The notes under the pieces: model-generated
The model's input: only the letters and a program-made list of their open reading frames with translations
Database searches by the model: none
What the model was told of the DNA's origin: nothing
DNA from: Setoptus koraiensis
Taxonomy: Eukaryota > Animalia > Arthropoda
Direction: 5' to 3'
DNA: 64,000 bases
Assembly (NCBI GenBank): GCA_048013815.1
Contig: CM106586.1
Coordinates: 10,540,001-10,604,000, forward strand
Shown here: in pieces, positions 13,187 through 21,430 of the stretch
Position numbering within the stretch: the stretch's first letter is position 1
Layout of the letters: every line of letters starts with the position of its first letter
Translations under genes and position numbers: made by a program

Positions 13187-13320
13187 GGCCGCAAATTCTT
13201 CCGACAGAACGTCCGAGGAAACCCCAAACAAAGGACCGGAGCCCCAGTGTCTGGTCCACTTTGGACCAGTACCACGAGGAGGCGGCCCGGGGAGCCGGCG
13301 GACTTTTTTTGCTTTGGGTA
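13187..13320 (+). ncRNA. Candidate Pol III-type structured RNA with telomerase-RNA-like layout
   Basis: TATTTAAA at 13162-13169, GC-rich body with several helices, T7 run at 13314-13320, and template-like AAACCCCAAAC at 13219-13229. No family match recognised. Confidence 0.35.
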
Positions 13321-13332
13321 TTGTGAAAGAAG

Positions 13333-13520
13333 GGTGGACCGCCGCTCGCGTTTAGTGCAATACGAGGGCGATCCGTGGCCCCGGACTAGCAAGCTAGTCT
13401 GGTAACCCCCGGACAAATATTAAGATTGACCGTGGGTACGACATGCGTACCGTCCTGTGCGGTCAAGCACGGAAGAACAGATACTACACTTTGATCTTAG
13501 CCATAAGGCCGAGAAGCGAT
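13333..13520 (-). ncRNA. U2: U2 spliceosomal snRNA
   Basis: Minus strand starts ATCGCTTCTCGGCCTTATGGCTAAGATCAAAGTGTAGTATCTGTTCTT (canonical, including branch-site recognition GTAGTA). Stems IIa/IIb/IIc, III (loop CTTG) and IV (loop TATTGCACTAAA) all fold. Confidence 0.97.
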
Positions 13521-13555
13521 AACTATGGTAGAGTAGCAAATTCTATATGAGGGCT

Positions 13556-13574
13556 CGATGGCGTGTTAGAATTA
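13556..13574 (-). promoter_or_regulatory. Putative snRNA proximal sequence element (PSEA-like) of U2
   Basis: Minus-strand TAATTCTAACACGCCATCG at -54..-36 of U2 resembles the insect PSEA start TAATTCYCAAC. Confidence 0.5.
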
Positions 13575-13897
13575 CCGTTTGCGGCGCACATAAAACATGT
13601 TATCATCTGTTTGTGACTTGATTTTTCTAAATATATCAACATATCATTGGCTTTCTGCATAAGTTCTAAACATTTTTCTTCATCTATATCAGGAGTAATA
13701 CATGTAAGAATGATATTTTTTCTAGAAAACTATTCAATTATTGAGACCAGCGTAGGGTCAACATATGACGGGTCTGCATGCGCGCGGTTTGTGAGGTGGC
13801 GAGCGACCCGATAAAGTTCTCAATCTTACAATCAACATTACATAAAACTAAGTTCGAATAACGTCATTAATAACATTCATTAAAAACACAAACAAAC

Positions 13898-14455
13898 ATG
13901 GACGAGGCCAACAATAGGACGGAATCAAGACTACGTGAGTCAATCACAAATGGCTGCAAGATTCTTCAAACTAAATGTAATTCATTCGAATTATTGAAAA
14001 TAAAATTTGTCAGGGCTCACCTGAAAATCGAGCGCAAATCCCGCCTGGCGGATTTGACGACCGAACTTGAAGCCAAAATAAAAAACATTTGCGATACCGA
14101 AAATGACTTGAAAGTCAAATTGAGCCAGTCTTTGGTGAATAGAGCGAACGAATTAGAGTCCATTGAGATAAATAGAAGCAAATTGGAGTTAAATAACGGG
14201 CTTAGGGACGAGTGTTTGGTAAAAATTGATTCAATCCAGAACGAGATCAAGCGGCAAGGACTCGATCCGAGCATAACCGAGGCCACAATAGATGATAAAG
14301 AAAAGGTTATAGAACAAAAGATGAAAGAAAGAGAGGAGCTGAAGAGGATTATCGACGAAAACTATGACTTTGAACCTAATGACACTGCCTTGGCAGCCAG
14401 GATAGAGGAATTGAAAACTGAGTTGTTATCGTCAAGCATTATTTCTGTTGAATAA
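13898..14455 (+). CDS. Hypothetical coiled-coil protein, 185 aa
   Basis: Clean ATG-to-stop ORF in a gene-sized gap, K/E/L heptad-rich, followed by AATAAA near the stop. No family recognised. Confidence 0.6.
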   Translation: MDEANNRTESRLRESITNGCKILQTKCNSFELLKIKFVRAHLKIERKSRLADLTTELEAKIKNICDTENDLKVKLSQSLVNRANELESIEINRSKLELNNGLRDECLVKIDSIQNEIKRQGLDPSITEATIDDKEKVIEQKMKEREELKRIIDENYDFEPNDTALAARIEELKTELLSSSIISVE

Positions 14456-14594
14456 ACTATTCTATGGGGTCACATTCATTCCTTACTATCATGAGAGTAT
14501 CATTTTGTTAAATTTACGATGGTTATTTTTGTAACTTGTTTAAAATATGTATCAATAGAAATAAAAATTATTTCGACAAGAATGTTATTGTGCA

Positions 14595-17147
14595 CTAGCC
14601 ACTATATTCTAGTTCTTGAAATGTAAATCCGTCCTCGACACGCTTGCTCACATATCTGGCTAGATCCTTGCGAGTGACCATTCCAACAACATTGTTCCTA
14701 TCATCTGTCACCACAAGATGTCTCAAACCCAATGAACGAAACAACTGATAAATTCGTGGAAAGGTGGCCGAATATAGTACTGTATAGGCCGTTGGATTCA
14801 TAACAGATCTAAGATCAACACTCCAGTTGAACATTTCCTCCGTTAGGCTCGGTATAACATCGTCAATATCTGGATATCTTGGATATGAATCGCGGAACGT
14901 AGCTAAATTCAACCTGTCTAGGCCACGTTCGTTTTCGTTGAATATTTGAGCTTTTAACATAACAGTAAGTTGCCAACGTAGTATGACACCTCTATACCGG
15001 CCGTGGGAAACTCTCTTCTGAGTGACAGAACAACGCTGAAAGGAACCCATATAGGGATGACTAGATGAAGAGCCTTTTGATGATATAGATGCCTGAGACT
15101 CGAGGGCTAGATATCCGCCTTGCCGAGCCGTATCCGAGGATAGTGCATCGCCCGAATCATCTAATGAATCTTGGCTACAACTATAATCTACCACGGGGAA
15201 TCCATTATGGGTTTGTGTTTTTAATATATTTACAATATTGCGCACTGATTCCGTTGTTCTCAAGACGGTGATATTGTGCGACATTACATCAGAAGCGTAT
15301 ATCGTGCAAGATTTTACTGGTGGCTCCCAATCTAAAAATGGTATATTAGCCAAATGAATAGCGAGGTCGTAGAGTCCGTGGATGAAATAATCTGCTACCC
15401 ACTTGGATACCATCAGACTCAACATGATCGGTAGTCCAAACGAAATACATCCGGTTGCCTCTATAACTATTACAGTTAAGCTGATGGTCATACGCACAAC
15501 ACCACCTAGAACTGATACTGCTCCTATGAGGGCAAATTTATTCGGTTGCATCAACCACTCTCTTGGGCCAAGATAGTAAGTTAGTATCATTCCCATCAAT
15601 CGACCTCCTGTTGCTCCTATGAGTAAAGCGGGTATGAAAACACCAGATGATATGCTCAATCCATAAGTAAAAACTGCCAAAATGAAATAGATAACTAGAA
15701 AAATGGCCAAGGTTCTAATAGACCATATGTCGTCTTGCAAAACCATAAATGCCGACGATGCTCCTTCAGATGTTTTCAACCACAGGGAGGACATGGCTGA
15801 GTATTGACCAGGTGGACACATGAAAGTTAATATATGACCGTTTATGGCTTTCATAGCCGGCGAACTGCGTAGCTCATCTTTGTGGCGTGGTTTGCTATCG
15901 CGAGCAAAGCCACCGAATGTAGATAAAAATTTGACATGGCTTCTAGTTAACGACGGAAGAATAGTAGATATCCCAGGGCTACTTGAATTATTGAGTGCGT
16001 TGAATTCTTGAACCTGGCCTGTTTGCGGCAATGGTCGACATTCTGATGCAAATATGACTAATAAGCAACCTAAAATAGCTGTTACTGCTGCCACTAACAT
16101 TGTATCGCCCACTTTCATCCAGTTTTTAGTCAAGTATCTCCTCCGATATTCAGTTATCAACAAGTTTGTGTAACAATATAAAGCACCTATCAATCCTCCT
16201 ACTATAGCCATTGCTAAATAAATGGGTATCTCAAACCAGAAATAGTCAAGTTCTTCTACTAGACCAAAATTGACTAGACTGTAGAAGGCTAACATTCCAT
16301 ATGATTGATTATATGCTGACATCATTAGATTCAGTATGAAAGATGTCGTCATAGAGCAAAAGAACATTCTCCATGTCAATGCCTGATTCCAAAACGATGC
16401 CCCTTCTTCCAAAGAGAAAAGAACTCCACCAATTGGTGCACCGAAAGCAGCCGCAACCCCGGCCGAGGCTCCGGCTGAAACAAAGTCACGTTTGTCTCTG
16501 TCGTTTCTAAATGCCTTGAATATTCTCAGATCCGTACCGAATGTGGTGCTTTTGCCTTGAGATAGACCGGCTGCCACTGCAGCTCCGCAATGTATAAATG
16601 GTCCCTCTTTGCCTGCTGCCATTCCGCCTACGACTGACAGGATGACACCTAATAATTTGGTAATGTATGTCTTGAATCTAACAACTTTAGGCACTTTGAC
16701 TCCGTTAAGATAGCATTTGACAACTGGTATGCCGCTGCCAGCGGCTATGGGCGCCACATATGTGACTAGGATAGAGCCAAGTCCAGCTGGCACAATATTC
16801 CACAAGATCCATATTAGAGCTGGTAATGAGAAACATTGTATTTGAGTGGCGAGAGTCTGTTTAGAGTAATCGGTAGCATTTAATGGACGGCATCGTTCAG
16901 ATTGAGTAATAATGTTATTGAATCTCAGTTGGGTTAATGTGTTGACTGAATATACGGCGAAAAATCCAGATAATGCTGTGACCAAGCCAATCAAGAATAT
17001 AACTAACCAACGTTGTATGTCTATGGAAAGGAAATTTTTAAATTTGGACCTATGTTGTTGCTCCAAATAGAGAACGTTCTCTATGAGATCATAATCCAAA
17101 CTCTCATACTTATTGGATAGTGTTCGTTCTTCTCTCGGGTTCGGCAT
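14595..17147 (-). CDS. CLCN7: H+/Cl- exchange transporter ClC-7, 850 aa, intronless
   Basis: CLC signatures GSGIP, GKEGPFIH, GGVLFSLEEG, GVFIP and GLY, two C-terminal CBS domains, and the YESLDYD motif typical of ClC-6/7. Confidence 0.93.
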   Translation of the reverse strand: MPNPREERTLSNKYESLDYDLIENVLYLEQQHRSKFKNFLSIDIQRWLVIFLIGLVTALSGFFAVYSVNTLTQLRFNNIITQSERCRPLNATDYSKQTLATQIQCFSLPALIWILWNIVPAGLGSILVTYVAPIAAGSGIPVVKCYLNGVKVPKVVRFKTYITKLLGVILSVVGGMAAGKEGPFIHCGAAVAAGLSQGKSTTFGTDLRIFKAFRNDRDKRDFVSAGASAGVAAAFGAPIGGVLFSLEEGASFWNQALTWRMFFCSMTTSFILNLMMSAYNQSYGMLAFYSLVNFGLVEELDYFWFEIPIYLAMAIVGGLIGALYCYTNLLITEYRRRYLTKNWMKVGDTMLVAAVTAILGCLLVIFASECRPLPQTGQVQEFNALNNSSSPGISTILPSLTRSHVKFLSTFGGFARDSKPRHKDELRSSPAMKAINGHILTFMCPPGQYSAMSSLWLKTSEGASSAFMVLQDDIWSIRTLAIFLVIYFILAVFTYGLSISSGVFIPALLIGATGGRLMGMILTYYLGPREWLMQPNKFALIGAVSVLGGVVRMTISLTVIVIEATGCISFGLPIMLSLMVSKWVADYFIHGLYDLAIHLANIPFLDWEPPVKSCTIYASDVMSHNITVLRTTESVRNIVNILKTQTHNGFPVVDYSCSQDSLDDSGDALSSDTARQGGYLALESQASISSKGSSSSHPYMGSFQRCSVTQKRVSHGRYRGVILRWQLTVMLKAQIFNENERGLDRLNLATFRDSYPRYPDIDDVIPSLTEEMFNWSVDLRSVMNPTAYTVLYSATFPRIYQLFRSLGLRHLVVTDDRNNVVGMVTRKDLARYVSKRVEDGFTFQELEYSG

Positions 17148-17632
17148 TGTTGGCCCAAATTAACAGATGCATCTAATGTGTCAACAACATAAATGACATG
17201 GATGGTTGAACAATTCTGATGATACAACAAAATTTTTTGATAACTGTCTATCTCTAAATCATGTGATGTAGATAGTGCAACGGTTTATCAGCGTGTAAAA
17301 CGGTCCATGGCGAGATTTGATGTTGTTGTTATTTCCAACGTAAACAACAGCTAGTAATGTGCTAGGATTTGTGTGCGTTACACACTGTAAGTTACACTGT
17401 GTAACGCGTGCTTTGAAGTACGCGCCATTGCGAAATCAACAGCTCAGATTGGCAATCCGTTGGATGCGTAACAATTTCACTTTTGAAAATCGTTGGCCCC
17501 ATCTCTTTCTATTTGTTAACCATATTTACGCAATAGTCTGTTTGTTTGATATTGCTGTTGATTTTGATATCAGAATAAAAAATTCAATCAAAGTGATAGT
17601 GATTCCGTCACAAGCTTAGCACGAGCAAAAAC

Positions 17633-20062
17633 ATGGATGGACCCTATTGTAGGTCCGAATCTATGAAAACTGTTGAAGCCATCCTGACGGCTATATTACA
17701 ATGGAGAGTGGCTTGGATACAGGAACAGAAGCTATTGTCGACACCTCCTCCTATTTGTAGGCAAACTTCCAGAAAATTAAAAATAACTTATGACTCCTAC
17801 AAGGATTATGAATCTACCCTCATTCCTATGCTAATGCACGAGACTTGGTCCCAAATTTACGAGGAAACCATACGGGTACAAAACTCAGACTATGACATAA
17901 CTAAACAATTTTGGGTTGGAATCTCGGAATATCAGGTCAGAAACCAATTCTATGTGTCACTGAAATGTCAATTTCTAGCTGAAGCAGACAATCTACAACA
18001 GCAACTAAAATTGATCAACGATGGTGATCTAGTGAGAATTGACCTAGCGGTAGATGATTCACTCCCTGATCATGCTGGCGAGTTTGTTGTTGGCCACAAC
18101 GGAATTAATAGTACCAAAGTGCTCAGTTTGTTTGGTTACGTAACAGATGTCACAACTGAGAGAGTTACCCCGCACACTCAGTTTGCCGAATGCTTTGTTG
18201 CGAGAAACAAATTTAAGGGCATTCTTCTCCTTACCTACACTGTCAACATTGCTAAGAGACCGCTAAGACTCAAACTCAAAGAACCTATGAAAATGACTAA
18301 TTTATACTATCTTAAACCTATGCTTAGACAAATAGAGTCTGTCGTTTGTCTGAGAGAATCAAAGCTTTGTTCAGATATCCTCACACCCACAACCTATACT
18401 TGCCAGCCATCTTTGCCAACTGTAGTAAAACTAAGTTCGAAAGACTACAACGAAGCCCAGTATAAAGCAATCATAGGCGTCTATCAAGCTATACTAATGG
18501 AACACCCGAAACTACAGTTGATTCAGGGTCCGCCCGGAACTGGTAAAACACATACACTGATAGGAATAATTAAGCATCTCTATCACAACTGGCGGGATTA
18601 CAAGAATTTGCCTAAAATTCTAGTATGCGCTCCGTCAAATGGAGCTATCGACGAGGTTTGCAAACGTCTGTACGCTGAAAGAACATTCTTGCGAAAAAGT
18701 CCAGCCAGAAGATCATTACGCATGGTTCGCGTTGGAAAACTCGAAACAATACATCCAGACGTACAGAAAATTAGTCTTGATATTCTTGTAGACACAAATA
18801 CCGAAGTTAAGAAAGAGGACGTTAGAAAGCGTTATGATGAAAAAGTCAAAGAACTGGAAGATCAGCTCAGCCGATATGACATAGAAATATCTAATCTTAG
18901 AGCTTTGGATCAACATAATCGTGTGCCTGCAATTGAAGGCAAAATTGCAGATGCTTTGCGAGAAATCAATAACATAAAAACATCTGCTACTGTAGTTGAA
19001 AAAAGAGAGCTGTCAGATGCCGCAAAACGGAATACTAGGCTAGACCTGATCAAAAATGCCGATGTCATCCTAACCACTCTTAATAGTTGTCAGAGACACC
19101 CATTGGATTCACTATTCAGATCGGACAGGTCCGGATTAACATTTAAATGCGTCATTGTTGATGAGGCATCTCAATGTTGTGAGCCAGAACTTCTCATGCC
19201 TTTGAGTTATGGTATGGACAAGATGGTTCTTATTGGTGATCCTATGCAGCTTCCAGCAACAGTTATATCTCGACATGCTCAAGAATATGGTTTCGCTCGT
19301 TCACTATTCGAACGTTTCTTCCATCATTTTGGTTGCTATAAGAACACCAATAGTCCAGTAATAATGTTGACTGACCAATACCGTATGCATCCAGAAATAT
19401 GCAGTTTTCCATCGAAGCAATTCTATGACGGTCGTCTAATGACGAGAACTACATCAAATCGCTCTCATCCTACGAAGCCTTACGTTATGTTCGACTTAAT
19501 ACACAGCGTTGAGAATAGTAAGGATAAAACTAATGTTATGAATGAAGTTGAAGCAAACTTTGTGAGACAGTTACTTTTTGCAACTATCAACGAGTTACCT
19601 CCAAACTCAAGCATTGGAGTTATCACGCCATACCAAGGTCAGAGGAGACTGATTACCAACAAGATAAATAGTGTTAAAAATGAGAAAAAGATTACCATCG
19701 ACGTGAATACTTGTGATGGATTCCAAGGCCAAGAAAGAGACGTAATTATTTTATCGTGCGTCAGGGCGTTTGAACAAGGCACACAGGGTCATATAGGTTT
19801 TATGAGGTCCGTACAAAGAATGAATGTTGCATTGACACGAGCAAAGCACTCACTGTTCGTTGTGATAAGCGCAAAATCACTATCTAAGGATGAAAATTGG
19901 AGAGCTATGATAGACGATGCGAGAATTCGACGCCACTTACAGACACTCACACAAAATCCACCAGCAGGCAGCCTGAGAAAAATGATAAGCTCACATAATT
20001 CAAATCAAAGCGAGCCGATGATGGAGGACGAGGTCCCCATGGAGATCGACATGGTATCATGA
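17633..20062 (+). CDS. SETX: Senataxin/Sen1-like superfamily-1 RNA/DNA helicase, 809 aa
   Basis: Motifs IQGPPGTGKT, CAPSNGAIDE, VIVDEASQ, LIGDPMQLP, LTDQYRMHPEIC, DGFQGQE and RMNVALTRAK. Confidence 0.85.
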   Translation: MDGPYCRSESMKTVEAILTAILQWRVAWIQEQKLLSTPPPICRQTSRKLKITYDSYKDYESTLIPMLMHETWSQIYEETIRVQNSDYDITKQFWVGISEYQVRNQFYVSLKCQFLAEADNLQQQLKLINDGDLVRIDLAVDDSLPDHAGEFVVGHNGINSTKVLSLFGYVTDVTTERVTPHTQFAECFVARNKFKGILLLTYTVNIAKRPLRLKLKEPMKMTNLYYLKPMLRQIESVVCLRESKLCSDILTPTTYTCQPSLPTVVKLSSKDYNEAQYKAIIGVYQAILMEHPKLQLIQGPPGTGKTHTLIGIIKHLYHNWRDYKNLPKILVCAPSNGAIDEVCKRLYAERTFLRKSPARRSLRMVRVGKLETIHPDVQKISLDILVDTNTEVKKEDVRKRYDEKVKELEDQLSRYDIEISNLRALDQHNRVPAIEGKIADALREINNIKTSATVVEKRELSDAAKRNTRLDLIKNADVILTTLNSCQRHPLDSLFRSDRSGLTFKCVIVDEASQCCEPELLMPLSYGMDKMVLIGDPMQLPATVISRHAQEYGFARSLFERFFHHFGCYKNTNSPVIMLTDQYRMHPEICSFPSKQFYDGRLMTRTTSNRSHPTKPYVMFDLIHSVENSKDKTNVMNEVEANFVRQLLFATINELPPNSSIGVITPYQGQRRLITNKINSVKNEKKITIDVNTCDGFQGQERDVIILSCVRAFEQGTQGHIGFMRSVQRMNVALTRAKHSLFVVISAKSLSKDENWRAMIDDARIRRHLQTLTQNPPAGSLRKMISSHNSNQSEPMMEDEVPMEIDMVS

Positions 20063-20500
20063 CAAGATTGTATCTTTATCAGTGATCTGTTTCAATTTAG
20101 TAGCTTTTCTCTTTTCCAACGGATGCTTGGTGACTGTGATGCTGATAGCTGGTATCATAATAATTTTACTATTGGAGGTATTACTGTTAGGCTCATTGTC
20201 CGGATCAAATTTGTCTTTTTCGATTCCCAAGGCATGAGCAGCTTTTCTTTTTGGAATATCCTGTGATTTTTTGTGTCCCTCCACACACGATGTCATAACA
20301 TCTAAGTTGAAGGTGTCGTAATTATTCAGATTGAGCTCAAGCGCTAGATTTACTGCCCTGCTAGTTGCCTTGCCTAAGCCACGTATAACTATCTCATCAT
20401 TGTCGTCAATTAATTTTTGACATCTCGTTAATTGGCACTTGAAATTGGATTTGTTATTTACAATAACGTCTGTAGAATGTCTCTTTCTATCCATCTCCAT
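20057..20500 (-). CDS. POP7: RNase P/MRP protein subunit p20 (Alba-like), 147 aa
   Basis: VNNKSNFKCQLTRCQKLI...EIVIRGLGKATSRAVNLAL matches Rpp20 (DFKAQLARCQKLL...IHGLGLAINRAINIAL). Confidence 0.85.
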   Translation of the reverse strand: MEMDRKRHSTDVIVNNKSNFKCQLTRCQKLIDDNDEIVIRGLGKATSRAVNLALELNLNNYDTFNLDVMTSCVEGHKKSQDIPKRKAAHALGIEKDKFDPDNEPNSNTSNSKIIMIPAISITVTKHPLEKRKATKLKQITDKDTILS

Positions 20501-21287
20501 CCCGAATTGAGTTACCTACGGCCTAGATGTGCCTGTTATAATATCTATTTGTTTATTTACATATATAGTATGATAATTGTCACTGCAATTGTGAATCAAG
20601 AAATGAAAAAAAAACACGTGTCTTTCAGTGTTTATCCAGCTCATGATACAACTGAAAGAAGGGGCGCTAATAAGCAATAAAGTGTACACTTTTCAAAATT
20701 TTGCCCCTTGCGCGGTGCCTTCGACTCACATCTCTCACATATCTCTAAATACAGTGTGTGCATTTATTATGGCTATAAGGCTCTGTATAAACGATATACT
20801 TCTCTTGACAGTCTTTGGTATAAGCCAAGTACGGCAAATCAATCACTTGCATCACGCACCCAGATAATTGAATCTTAACTAATTAATAATTAATTAATTG
20901 TAAATAATAATTGTATTCACGACTCAAATTCGAAACTTATCAATGACAGCTGTGCCTACCAATGATACAAACAAGCACTCTTCGCGAGAATCTATCGGCT
21001 GAAGAGGTCAACTTGGCTGTTAGATTTGTCAGTGGAGCCAACAAGTTGCATGTTCTCTGTGACTTTATCGTTTGCTTGATTTTCAATTCGCAATCCACAC
21101 CAAGTCCTATCGGAAAATTATGAGCCCTCTGGCTGGCCAACTTTCACTGCCCGTGACAAACGGTTTCGAATGCGACATATTTCGCCTATATCGTTCTGTA
21201 TGGACAGACATTTCAACTCCATGGTCGGCAATCTGTCGCATGATCCGACAATATCTATGTCAAGGCGATGTCAAGGTGTCCTACCTG

Positions 21288-21430
21288 AAAAAATCAGTCA
21301 ATCGCTAGTTTGAAATCTCTGACGTCGAGATGCGCGTGTATGAGAGCGCTCTTGGTTGACCTCATTGATCGGCAGTCCGGAGGGGTGTCCCATTCGGAAA
21401 GTTCCTGACCAATATGATTAAAGCCCCTCC
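21288..21430 (-). ncRNA. Candidate Pol III type-3 small RNA, about 143 nt, family unknown
   Basis: TATATAAT at -31..-24 from a G start. 5' GGAGGGG pairs with CCCCTCC, internal ATCTC/GAGAT hairpin, T6 terminator at 21293-21288. Confidence 0.4.

Noticed and set aside
13270-13300. Minus-strand GCC-TCCTCGT-GGT resembling the P3/L3 of HDV-like ribozymes
   Set aside because: No upstream P1 partner or P2/J4-2 elements in the required order.
13731-13752. TATTCAATT...TTGAGACCAGCG also seen near 56619-56651
   Set aside because: The match is too short and has different spacing, so it may be chance.
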